This document shows positions 34,969-43,608 of a DNA stretch of 44,656 nucleotides, piece by piece. The notes beneath the pieces are model-generated. The model was not told where the DNA came from. It was given only the letters and a program-made list of their open reading frames with translations, and did no database searches. The stretch is from Escherichia phage vB_EcoM_SHAK7163. Numbering within the stretch: position 1 is the stretch's first letter; each line of letters begins with the position of its first letter. The stretch lies in sequence record OR594179; one strand, written 5' to 3'. Made by a program: the position numbers and the translations under genes.

Positions 34969-35930
34969 TGAGTTATACTTTCACAGAACATATAGCCAAC
35001 GGTACGCAAGTAACCTATCCCTTTAGCTTTGCTGGCAGGGATAAAGGCTATCTTCGTGCCTCAGATGTGATAGTGGAATCTCTTCAAGGTAACACTTGGA
35101 TTGAGATTACATCTGGCTGGCAATTAACTGGTACGCATCAAATCACTTTTGATGTAGCACCAGTTGCAGGTTTGAAGTTCCGTATTCGAAGGGAAGTACA
35201 AAAAGAATATCCATACGCTGAGTTTGACCGTGGTGTTACCTTGGATATGAAGTCTTTAAATGGTTCTTTCATTCATATACTGGAGATTACACAGGAGTTA
35301 CTTGATGGGTTTTATCCAGAAGGGTACTTCATTAAGCAGAATGTAAGCTGGGGCGGCAATAAGATTACTGACCTAGCTGATGGTGAGAATCCAAAAGATG
35401 CAGTAAATAAATCACAGCTAGATGCTATCGACAAGAAGCATACTGATTGGAACTCTGCACAAGATATAGAGATTGCTGGTATTAAGAGAGGGATGGTGTC
35501 TGGTGTATCGCATCGAACTATTCCTTGGTATATGGTTGCCTCCGGTGGAGAGCAAATCATTCGACCACCTTACTCCTTTGATGATGCTATGGTGTTTATA
35601 AACGGTGTATTCCAGCATGAACTAGCAGGTGCAGTATCCGTGGGGTATGATGTTATAACCCTGTCCGAGCCATTACAGGCTGGGGATGAAGTTTATGTGC
35701 TTATCGGTAGTCGCTTAACCCCACCTACAAGTGCGGATACTATCCTCTTTACACAAGCAGTGAGTGAAGGTACACAATCTATCGACATTGTAACGGCTTT
35801 CCAACGTCTTGATGTATATTTGGATGGACTGTATCAACCTAATAATACTTATGAAATCGTAGGCTCTACTATCACTTTCAGTGAGCCATTGCCTGAGTGT
35901 GTCGTAAGTATGAAGTTACAACTAGTGTAA
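34968..35930 (+). CDS. tail fibre adapter (T7 gp17 N-terminal domain-like, lacks receptor-binding part)
   Basis: 320 aa; KFRIRREVQKEYPYAEFDRGVTLDMKSLN...GNKITDLADGENPKDAVNKSQLDAI resembles remembered T7 gp17 N-terminus (ELRRVTSTTDRLVDFTDGSILRAYDLN...GRRIVNLANAVDDRDAVPFGQLKTM). Confidence 0.75.
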   Translation: MSYTFTEHIANGTQVTYPFSFAGRDKGYLRASDVIVESLQGNTWIEITSGWQLTGTHQITFDVAPVAGLKFRIRREVQKEYPYAEFDRGVTLDMKSLNGSFIHILEITQELLDGFYPEGYFIKQNVSWGGNKITDLADGENPKDAVNKSQLDAIDKKHTDWNSAQDIEIAGIKRGMVSGVSHRTIPWYMVASGGEQIIRPPYSFDDAMVFINGVFQHELAGAVSVGYDVITLSEPLQAGDEVYVLIGSRLTPPTSADTILFTQAVSEGTQSIDIVTAFQRLDVYLDGLYQPNNTYEIVGSTITFSEPLPECVVSMKLQLV

Positions 35931-35939
35931 GGAGGTGCA

Positions 35940-36134
35940 ATGATTAACTCCGAACTGGTAGATAGTGGTGTGAAGCTGGCGCCACCTGCATTAGTATCAG
36001 GTGGGTACTTCCTCGGTATCAGTTGGGATAATTGGGTGTTAATAGCAACATTCATTTATACCGTGTTGCAAATTGGAGACTGGTTTTATACCAAGATTAA
36101 ACTATGGAGGAGGAGCCGTGAGCGTACACAATAA
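35940..36134 (+). CDS. holin (T7 gp17.5-like)
   Basis: 64 aa; one TM; NWVLIATFIYTVLQIGDWFYTKIKLW resembles remembered T7 gp17.5 (EWFYVAAIAYTVVQIGAKVVDKMIDW); SD GGAGG. Confidence 0.75.
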   Translation: MINSELVDSGVKLAPPALVSGGYFLGISWDNWVLIATFIYTVLQIGDWFYTKIKLWRRSRERTQ

Positions 36135-36417
36135 ACATGCAGCTACGGAAGACGAGGTTGGCATTCTACATGGTGCTATTACCAAAATCTTTAATAAGAA
36201 AGCACAGGCAATACTGGACACTATAGAAGAAGACCCAGATGCAGCACTGCATTTAGTCTCTGGTAAAGACATTGGGGCTATGTGTAAGTGGGTTCTTGAT
36301 AATGGTATTACCGCTACACCCGCTGCACAGCAGGAGGAGTCCAAGCTATCTAAGCGCCTCAAGGCTATCCGAGAGGCATCAAGTGGCAAGATCATCCAAT
36401 TCACTAAGGAGGATTGA
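36118..36417 (+). CDS. putative terminase small subunit (gp18 position)
   Basis: GTG start 5 nt after GGAGGAGG (track ORF begins at upstream ATG 36073); located immediately before the large terminase gene. Confidence 0.5.
   Translation: MSVHNKHAATEDEVGILHGAITKIFNKKAQAILDTIEEDPDAALHLVSGKDIGAMCKWVLDNGITATPAAQQEESKLSKRLKAIREASSGKIIQFTKED
36209..36231 (+). promoter_or_regulatory. phage promoter-like sequence inside small-terminase coding region
   Basis: CAATACTGGACACTATAGAAGAA; core conserved, -17..-14 diverged; encodes ...ILDTIEE... Confidence 0.45.
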
Positions 36418-38312
36418 TGGCTAAGGCAAGAGAATCACAAGCGGAGGCTCTTGCCAGATGGGAGATGCTACAGGAGTTACAGCAGACTTTTCCGTATACG
36501 GCGGAAGGTTTGCTTCTCTTTGCAGATACAGTTATCCATAACTTGATTGCAGGCAACCCTCATCTGATTCGTATGCAGGCCGATATTTTAAAGTTTCTAT
36601 TCTATGGACATAAATATCGCCTCATCGAAGCGCCCCGTGGTATCGCTAAGACAACACTATCAGCAATCTATACGGTATTCCGTATTATTCATGAACCGCA
36701 TAAGCGTATCATGGTTGTGTCCCAAAACGCCAAGCGAGCAGAGGAAATCGCAGGCTGGGTAGTTAAAATCTTCCGTGGCTTAGACTTTCTTGAGTTTATG
36801 CTGCCGGATATCTACGCTGGGGACCGTGCATCCGTTAAGGCGTTTGAGATTCATTACACCCTACGTGGTAGTGATAAGTCTCCTTCTGTATCCTGTTACT
36901 CAATCGAAGCAGGTATGCAGGGTGCTCGTGCTGATATTATTCTAGCAGATGACGTAGAATCGATGCAGAATGCTCGTACAGCGGCAGGACGTGCCTTGCT
37001 TGAGGAACTGACCAAGGAGTTTGAATCTATTAACCAGTTTGGTGATATTATCTACCTTGGTACTCCTCAGAACGTAAACTCTATCTACAATAACCTACCT
37101 GCACGTGGTTACTCTGTTCGTATCTGGACTGCACGTTATCCCTCAGTGGAGCAGGAGCAATGCTATGGTGACTTCCTTGCACCTATGATTGTGCAGGATA
37201 TGAAGGACAACCCAGCACTTCGCTCAGGGTATGGCTTGGATGGCAATAGTGGTGCCCCTTGTGCACCTGAAATGTATGATGATGATGTGCTGATTGAGAA
37301 GGAAATCTCGCAGGGTGCGGCTAAGTTCCAGCTTCAGTTTATGCTTAACACTCGCATGATGGATGCTGACCGCTATCCGCTACGCCTGAACAACCTCATC
37401 TTCACTTCATTCGGTACAGAGGAAGTCCCTGTGATGCCTACATGGAGCAACGACTCTATTAACATCATTGGCGATGCACCGAAGTATGGCAATAAGCCTA
37501 CAGACTTTATGTATCGCCCTGTGGCCCGACCTTATGAGTGGGGCGCTGTTACCCGTAAGATTATGTATATTGACCCAGCGGGTGGCGGTAAGAACGGGGA
37601 CGAAACAGGCGTATCGATTGTCTTCCTGCACGGCACATTCATTTACGTGTACCAGTGCTTCGGTGTGCCAGGTGGATACCGAGAATCGTCCCTGAATCGC
37701 ATTGTGCAGGCCGCAAAGCAGGCAGGTGTTAAAGAGGTATTCATTGAGAAGAACTTTGGTCATGGCGCGTTTGAGGCCGTTATAAAGCCATACTTTGAAC
37801 GAGAGTGGCCTGTGACTCTGGAGGAAGATTACGCCACCGGACAGAAAGAGTTGCGTATCATTGAAACACTAGAGCCACTAATGGCGGCCCACAGGCTCAT
37901 CTTCAACGCAGAGATGGTCAAGTCTGATTTTGAGTCGGTACAGCACTATCCGCTTGAACTACGCATGTCATACAGCCTTTTCAATCAAATGTCGAACATC
38001 ACGATTGAGAAGAACAGCCTACGACACGATGACCGCTTAGACGCTCTGTATGGCGCTATACGGCAATTAACTTCTCAAATAGACTATGACGAGGTTACAC
38101 GGATTAATCGCCTCAGAGCGCAGGAGATGCGCGATTACATCCATGCTATGAACACACCTCACCTCCGTAGGGCAATGCTCTATGGAGATTATGGCACTGA
38201 GCGAAGAGTAACCAACACTTCCGTGGCTATGCAGCAAAGAGTATACGGTCAGAATTACAGGAGTAAATCGGCAAGCAGAAATACACTTTCTGCAAGGATT
38301 TCAAGGATTTAG
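36417..38312 (+). CDS. terminase large subunit (gp19-like)
   Basis: 631 aa from ATG overlapping upstream stop; Walker A-like EAPRGIAKTT; position. Confidence 0.9.
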   Translation: MAKARESQAEALARWEMLQELQQTFPYTAEGLLLFADTVIHNLIAGNPHLIRMQADILKFLFYGHKYRLIEAPRGIAKTTLSAIYTVFRIIHEPHKRIMVVSQNAKRAEEIAGWVVKIFRGLDFLEFMLPDIYAGDRASVKAFEIHYTLRGSDKSPSVSCYSIEAGMQGARADIILADDVESMQNARTAAGRALLEELTKEFESINQFGDIIYLGTPQNVNSIYNNLPARGYSVRIWTARYPSVEQEQCYGDFLAPMIVQDMKDNPALRSGYGLDGNSGAPCAPEMYDDDVLIEKEISQGAAKFQLQFMLNTRMMDADRYPLRLNNLIFTSFGTEEVPVMPTWSNDSINIIGDAPKYGNKPTDFMYRPVARPYEWGAVTRKIMYIDPAGGGKNGDETGVSIVFLHGTFIYVYQCFGVPGGYRESSLNRIVQAAKQAGVKEVFIEKNFGHGAFEAVIKPYFEREWPVTLEEDYATGQKELRIIETLEPLMAAHRLIFNAEMVKSDFESVQHYPLELRMSYSLFNQMSNITIEKNSLRHDDRLDALYGAIRQLTSQIDYDEVTRINRLRAQEMRDYIHAMNTPHLRRAMLYGDYGTERRVTNTSVAMQQRVYGQNYRSKSASRNTLSARISRI

Positions 38313-38313
38313 T

Positions 38314-38336
38314 ATTTACTGGACACTATAGGAGGA
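38314..38336 (+). promoter_or_regulatory. phage RNAP promoter
   Basis: ATTTACTGGACACTATAGGAGGA. Confidence 0.8.
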
Positions 38337-38469
38337 AGACCAAGAGAATAAAGGAATATTATAGGATAATATAGGATTACCTAGGTTATATAGGTACACC
38401 TTATTATGAGGGTACTCCTGTACCCTCTTCTTATCTACTTCATTATTTACTAGAAACAAGGAGTATAGA

Positions 38470-38751
38470 ATGGCTAATAATTATAGTGATCAACCACTAA
38501 CAGGTCGATATGATCGAAAGCAGGAGACGCCTGTAAGTGAAGCGTTAATGCTCCCTGTTGTTACAGAGGGGTCTATTAAGAAGAAAGCCAATGTTATCAA
38601 TGATGCAACCAAATCTGGTAAACAGAAAGCAGCAATGGTGTGTCGTCCTGTAGGTGGCACTCTTGAGATTGCCATTGCTACTGGCAGCAAAGAGGATGCA
38701 GATTGGTTGTCTGTTAAAATGGATGGCGTTGGTCTTATTACACCGGCTTAA
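38470..38751 (+). CDS. hypothetical protein, paralog 1 of a tandem triad (93 aa)
   Basis: SD AAGGAG; shares about 45-residue motif block (SGKQK.AMV...G....IAIA.GS...D.W) with the next two ORFs. Confidence 0.55.
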   Translation: MANNYSDQPLTGRYDRKQETPVSEALMLPVVTEGSIKKKANVINDATKSGKQKAAMVCRPVGGTLEIAIATGSKEDADWLSVKMDGVGLITPA

Positions 38752-38767
38752 TAAAGGAGAAGATAAT

Positions 38768-39055
38768 ATGTCTAAGTATGGCGATGCAGGTACTACTACT
38801 GGTCAGGCTTTTCGTGTAAAAGCAGTACAAACTATTGCAACTGCAATCCCTATGCCTATCGTGGCAGAAGCTGACCTTAAAAAGAAAGATCATCCAATTA
38901 ATATTGAATACCTATCTGGTAAGCAGAAAGGTGCTATGGTGGTTGTAGATAAAGGAGATAATAGCCTTTATATTGCTATTGCACGTGGTTCTGCACCAAC
39001 TGACCAGTGGGATGTAACTACTATGGAAGCTGAACCTGTAACACCAGGAGCTTAA
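38768..39055 (+). CDS. hypothetical protein, paralog 2 (95 aa)
   Basis: ATG after AAGGAGA (track ORF 38654 starts upstream inside paralog 1); LSGKQKGAMVVVDKGDNSLYIAIARGSAPTDQWDV. Confidence 0.55.
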   Translation: MSKYGDAGTTTGQAFRVKAVQTIATAIPMPIVAEADLKKKDHPINIEYLSGKQKGAMVVVDKGDNSLYIAIARGSAPTDQWDVTTMEAEPVTPGA

Positions 39056-39056
39056 T

Positions 39057-39749
39057 ATGCTGGGAGTAACAGGACAACGCAATAAGAATGTAGCCACCAA
39101 AGTAGTGGCTGATTTAGCTACTGCTGCTACTGTCGAGGAATTACGAGATCAACATAGCTCTATTAACCGTGCTGACCTTTCTGGTAAACAAGAAGGCTCC
39201 GCTGTTATTGTTAAGAAAGAAGATGGGAATTATTCTATCTTTGTAGCAACAGGAAGCAAGCCGACTGATGTGTGGAAAGAGTTGTCTCCAACAATACCAG
39301 AGCAAGAGATGCCTGCTGAATATATTGATATGATTGATGTTCAAATTCATCAAGATTCTGCAAGCAACTTACGTATAGACTCTTCTCGCACTAGTTTAAT
39401 ACAGACACCAATGTGGGATACTGAAGGTGAGTTGTTATTCCGTAATACACTAAGTGCAACATGTTCTTGTACTATTCTTGTTGTTGAGGGTGAGTCTGGT
39501 GTTCGTCAGGATTTTACTTTTAAGATTAATGGACTTTTAGAGCAGGAAGAGCAGTATTATGATATTGACACACTTATGTGCTCTATTCACTCTGCAACAA
39601 CAACTAATGGCCTTACTTTGTGTATGCCAGATGCTAAAAGTGCAAAGACTAATAAAGTGGTAGTTAAGATCGACACTATGCAGTCATTAGCTATGAGCTT
39701 TGATCTTAACTTCCTTGTAGAATGGACGTCACCAACGAGGTTACTATAA
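39057..39749 (+). CDS. hypothetical protein, paralog 3 with C-terminal extension (230 aa)
   Basis: SD AGGAG; N-terminal LSGKQEGSAVIVKKEDGNYSIFVATGSKPTDVWKEL paralogous to previous two; additional 150-aa C-terminal domain. Confidence 0.6.
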   Translation: MLGVTGQRNKNVATKVVADLATAATVEELRDQHSSINRADLSGKQEGSAVIVKKEDGNYSIFVATGSKPTDVWKELSPTIPEQEMPAEYIDMIDVQIHQDSASNLRIDSSRTSLIQTPMWDTEGELLFRNTLSATCSCTILVVEGESGVRQDFTFKINGLLEQEEQYYDIDTLMCSIHSATTTNGLTLCMPDAKSAKTNKVVVKIDTMQSLAMSFDLNFLVEWTSPTRLL

Positions 39750-40093
39750 TGCTAAATCAGTACTTCAAGCGTAAAGAATTTGCTTGCCGTTGTGGGTGCG
39801 GTACATCCACTGTTGATGCTGAGTTACTACAGGTAGTAACAGATGTGCGTGAGCACTTTGGTACTCCTGTTGTTATCACTTCTGGTCATCGCTGCGCCAA
39901 GCACAATGCTAATGTAGGTGGGGTTAATAACTCCATGCATCTTACTGGTAAGGCTGCTGACATTAAAGTGTCTGGCATATTACCTTCTGAAGTGCATAAG
40001 TATCTTACTAGCAAATACAAAGGCAAGTATGGTATCGGTAAGTATAACTCCTTCACCCACATCGATGTACGGGATGGTTGTGCGCGATGGTAA
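39749..40093 (+). CDS. endolysin, peptidase M15-type (zinc L-Ala-D-Glu/D-Ala-D-Ala peptidase fold)
   Basis: 114 aa; SGHRCAKHNANVGGVNNSMHLTGKAADI...FTHIDVRDG fits the M15 H..D..H zinc-binding signature; ATG overlaps upstream stop. Confidence 0.75.
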   Translation: MLNQYFKRKEFACRCGCGTSTVDAELLQVVTDVREHFGTPVVITSGHRCAKHNANVGGVNNSMHLTGKAADIKVSGILPSEVHKYLTSKYKGKYGIGKYNSFTHIDVRDGCARW

Positions 40094-40218
40094 GATGTGT
40101 TGAATGGTGTGAGCGTATGGTTGCCCAAGCTGCCGAGGATGGCAACTATGATGACTGGAAGAACTACTCTGACTTGTTAGCTCAATGGAAAGGGAGATGC
40201 AATGAAAAAGCTGTTTAA
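40087..40218 (+). CDS. hypothetical small protein (43 aa)
   Basis: ORF only; below track cutoff. Confidence 0.25.
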   Translation: MVRCVEWCERMVAQAAEDGNYDDWKNYSDLLAQWKGRCNEKAV

Positions 40219-40351
40219 GTCTAAGAAGGTTGTAGGTGCACTGGTTGCACTTGTTATTGCTCTTGTTTCTGTAGGTCTTGGTGTAGACCTTGGCTCTGGC
40301 ACGGAATCCTCTGTGACAGATGTGGTCTGCCAAGTGATTACCTGTGAATAA
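40202..40351 (+). CDS. small membrane protein (49 aa), lysis-cluster associated
   Basis: SD GGGAG; MKKLFKSKK then hydrophobic VVGALVALVIALVSVGLGV. Confidence 0.4.
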   Translation: MKKLFKSKKVVGALVALVIALVSVGLGVDLGSGTESSVTDVVCQVITCE

Positions 40352-40565
40352 GTTTCTAGAAGTGCTGGCAGGTCTTATTGGCCTGCTTGTCTCTGCTAAG
40401 AAGAAACAAGAAGAGAAGGAGGCACAAAGTGAAGCGAATCATGCTAGCGACAACCCTGCTGATTGGTTCGCTGATCATTTCAGGGTGTCAGACGGCGTTA
40501 CCAGAGAATCCAAAGGTGAAGCCTCTGAAGCCGACGCTTACGGCAGTCTACGAGGTGGACGATAA
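40344..40565 (+). CDS. candidate i-spanin (Rz-like), short
   Basis: GTG start; N-terminal TM FLEVLAGLIGLLVSA then charged periplasmic-like region; contains the lipoprotein ORF in another frame. Confidence 0.35.
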   Translation: MNKFLEVLAGLIGLLVSAKKKQEEKEAQSEANHASDNPADWFADHFRVSDGVTRESKGEASEADAYGSLRGGR

Positions 40566-40638
40566 AGTCTGCTTCAGTAAGCCTGACGCTACAAAATTAG
40601 GTCTGTACATTCTCTCGCTAGAACGAGGGTATAATTAA
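40429..40638 (+). CDS. candidate o-spanin (Rz1-like outer-membrane lipoprotein)
   Basis: GTG 7 nt after AGGAGG; signal peptide with lipobox LIISGC; proline-rich PENPKVKPLKPT; overlapped with the Rz-like ORF. Confidence 0.55.
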   Translation: MKRIMLATTLLIGSLIISGCQTALPENPKVKPLKPTLTAVYEVDDKVCFSKPDATKLGLYILSLERGYN

Positions 40639-40667
40639 TACATAGTTTTATGTATCAGTGTCTTACG

Positions 40668-40690
40668 ATTTACTGGACACTATAGAAGAG
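40668..40690 (+). promoter_or_regulatory. phage RNAP promoter upstream of tailspike module
   Basis: ATTTACTGGACACTATAGAAGAG (exact consensus). Confidence 0.8.
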
Positions 40691-40769
40691 ATAAGATAGT
40701 GCCGTTCTTTTGAGCGGCATATTACTAGCCAATCTTCATAGGGAGGATTGGGAAGTAATAGGAGAGTAT

Positions 40770-41105
40770 ATGGCTAAGTTAACTAAACCCAAGACAACTG
40801 GCTTACTACATAGAGATACTGTACTAGCTACATTATTGGACAATTTACTATCTAAAAGGCGTGTTACATTTGAAGGTGTAGTTCCAAGTGAAGATACTAA
40901 AATTGAGATAGAAGTACCTGCAACAGGAGATTTAGATTCTTCGTGGGCATCACTTGTATCATTAAGTACACCTACACTTTGTACAGCTTGGATTACTAAA
41001 GTGTCAGATACTAGATTAGAAGTACATGTGTTCCATACAGCACAAGTTGAAATAGACATAGATGTAGATGTTTACATTCTAGGTAAACACATTGTCAGTG
41101 CGTAA
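40770..41105 (+). CDS. hypothetical protein (111 aa) immediately upstream of tailspike
   Basis: ATG after GGAGAG (track ORF begins upstream at 40710); no motifs recognised. Confidence 0.55.
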   Translation: MAKLTKPKTTGLLHRDTVLATLLDNLLSKRRVTFEGVVPSEDTKIEIEVPATGDLDSSWASLVSLSTPTLCTAWITKVSDTRLEVHVFHTAQVEIDIDVDVYILGKHIVSA

Positions 41106-41172
41106 GCACTGCTTTTCGCGCAACTTTTCTTAAAGGTTATCATGATGGTAGCCTTTCAGAAAAGGAGGTTAT

Positions 41173-43608
41173 ATGATTCAAAGACTAGGTTCTTCATTAG
41201 TTAAATTCAAGAGTAAAATAGCAGGTGCAATCTGGCGTAACTTGGATGACAAGCTCACCGAGGTTGTATCGCTTAAAGATTTTGGAGCCAAAGGTGATGG
41301 TAAGACAAACGACCAAGATGCAGTAAATGCAGCGATGGCTTCAGGTAAGAGGATTGACGGTGCTGGTGCTACTTACAAAGTAACATCTTTACCTGATATG
41401 GAGCGATTCTATAATACCCGCTTCGTATGGGAACGTTTAGCAGGTCAACCTCTTTACTATGTGAGTAAAGGTTTTATCAATGGTGAACTATATAAAATCA
41501 CGGACAACCCTTATTACAATGCTTGGCCTCAAGACAAAGCGTTTGTATATGAGAATGTGATATATGCACCCTACATGGGTAGCGACCGTCATGGTGTTAG
41601 TCGTCTGCATGTATCATGGGTTAAGTCTGGTGACGATGGTCAAACATGGTCTACACCAGAGTGGTTAACTGATCTGCATCCAGATTACCCTACAGTGAAC
41701 TATCATTGTATGAGTATGGGTGTATGTCGCAACCGTCTGTTTGCCATGATTGAAACACGTACTTTAGCCAAGAACGAACTAACCAATTGTGCATTGTGGG
41801 ATCGCCCTATGTCTCGTAGTCTGCATCTTACTGGTGGTATCACTAAGGCTGCAAATCAGAGATATGCAACAATCCATGTACCAGATCACGGACTATTCGT
41901 GGGCGATTTTGTTAACTTCTCTAATTCTGCGGTAACAGGTGTATCAGGTGATATGACTGTTGCAACGGTAATAGATAAGGACAACTTCACGGTTCTTACA
42001 CCTAACCAGCAAACTTCAGATTTGAATAACGATGGAAAGAGTTGGCACATGGGTACTTCTTTCCATAAGTCTCCATGGCGTAAGACAGATCTTGGTCTAA
42101 TCCCTCGTGTCACAGAGGTGCATAGCTTTGCTACTATTGATAACAATGGCTTTGTTATGGGTTATCATCAAGGTGATGTAGCTCCACGAGAAGTTGGTCT
42201 TTTCTACTTCCCTGATGCTTTCAATAGCCCATCTAATTATGTTCGTCGTCAGATACCATCTGAGTATGAACCAGATGCGGCAGAGCCGTGCATCAAGTAC
42301 TATGACGGTGTATTATACCTTATCACTCGTGGCACTCGTGGTGACAGACTTGGAAGCTCTTTGCATCGTAGTAGAGATATAGGTCAGACTTGGGAGTCAC
42401 TGAGATTTCCACATAATGTTCATCATACTACCTTACCTTTTGCTAAAGTAGGAGATGACCTTATTATGTTTGGTTCAGAACGTGCAGAAAATGAATGGGA
42501 AGCAGGTGCACCAGATGATCGTTACAAGGCATCTTATCCTCGTACCTTCTATGCACGATTGAATGTAAACAATTGGAATGCAGATGATATTGAATGGGTT
42601 AACATCACAGACCAAATCTATCAAGGTGACATTGTGAACTCTAGTGTAGGTGTAGGTTCTGTTGTAGTTAAAGACAGCTACATTTACTATATCTTTGGTG
42701 GAGAAAACCATTTCAACCCAATGACTTATGGTGACAACAAAGATAAAGACCCATTTAAAGGTCATGGACACCCTACTGATATATACTGCTATAAGATGCA
42801 GATTGCAAACGACACTCGTGTATCTCGTAAGTTCACATATGGTGCAACACCTGGTCAGGCCATCCCTACTTTTATGGGTACTGATGGTGTACGAGATATT
42901 CCTGCACCTTTGTACTTCTCAAATGACATCACTACCGAGGATGCTAAAGTTGGACACTTGACTCTCAGAGCAACTACCAGTTCCAACATTAGGTCTGAAG
43001 TGCAGATGGAAGGTGAGTACGGCTTTATTGCTAAGGCTGTTCCAAAGACTAACCCATCAGGTCAACGTTTACTTCTTTGTGGTGGAGAAGGGACTTCATC
43101 TTCCACAGGTGCACAGATAACGTTGCATGGCGCTAATTCAAGTAATGCTAAGCGTATCACTTATAACGGAAGTGAGCACCTATTCCAAGGTGCACCAATC
43201 ATGCCTGCTGTAGATAACCAGTTTGCTGCTGGCGGACCTAGTAACCGATTCACTACTATCTACTTAGGTAGTGACCCTGTTACCACTTCCGATGCTGACC
43301 ATAAGTATGGTATCTCTGGTATTGACACCAAGGTATTAAAGGCTTGGAGTCGTGTTGGCTTCAAACAGTACGGTCTGAATAGTGAAGCAGAGAGGAACCT
43401 TGATAGCATACACTTCGGTGTCTTGGCTCAGGATATTGTAGCTGCTTTTGAAGCTGAAGGGTTGGATGCCATTAAGTATGGAATTGTGTCCTTCGAAGAA
43501 GGTAGATACGGTGTGAGATACAGTGAAGTTCTAACCCTAGAGGCTGCCTATACTCGCCATCGTCTTGATAAATTAGAGGAGATGTATACCACTAATAGAA
43601 TCAGTTAA
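41173..43608 (+). CDS. tailspike: sialidase-like (endosialidase-type) capsule depolymerase with C-terminal autoproteolytic chaperone domain
   Basis: 811 aa; SD AAAGGAGG; N-terminal DFGAKGDGKTND; two Asp-box/BNR motifs SGDDGQTW (41626-41649) and SRDIGQTW (42370-42393); S-D-x-x-x-K autocleavage-type motif TSDADHK at 43288-43305. Confidence 0.85.
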   Translation: MIQRLGSSLVKFKSKIAGAIWRNLDDKLTEVVSLKDFGAKGDGKTNDQDAVNAAMASGKRIDGAGATYKVTSLPDMERFYNTRFVWERLAGQPLYYVSKGFINGELYKITDNPYYNAWPQDKAFVYENVIYAPYMGSDRHGVSRLHVSWVKSGDDGQTWSTPEWLTDLHPDYPTVNYHCMSMGVCRNRLFAMIETRTLAKNELTNCALWDRPMSRSLHLTGGITKAANQRYATIHVPDHGLFVGDFVNFSNSAVTGVSGDMTVATVIDKDNFTVLTPNQQTSDLNNDGKSWHMGTSFHKSPWRKTDLGLIPRVTEVHSFATIDNNGFVMGYHQGDVAPREVGLFYFPDAFNSPSNYVRRQIPSEYEPDAAEPCIKYYDGVLYLITRGTRGDRLGSSLHRSRDIGQTWESLRFPHNVHHTTLPFAKVGDDLIMFGSERAENEWEAGAPDDRYKASYPRTFYARLNVNNWNADDIEWVNITDQIYQGDIVNSSVGVGSVVVKDSYIYYIFGGENHFNPMTYGDNKDKDPFKGHGHPTDIYCYKMQIANDTRVSRKFTYGATPGQAIPTFMGTDGVRDIPAPLYFSNDITTEDAKVGHLTLRATTSSNIRSEVQMEGEYGFIAKAVPKTNPSGQRLLLCGGEGTSSSTGAQITLHGANSSNAKRITYNGSEHLFQGAPIMPAVDNQFAAGGPSNRFTTIYLGSDPVTTSDADHKYGISGIDTKVLKAWSRVGFKQYGLNSEAERNLDSIHFGVLAQDIVAAFEAEGLDAIKYGIVSFEEGRYGVRYSEVLTLEAAYTRHRLDKLEEMYTTNRIS

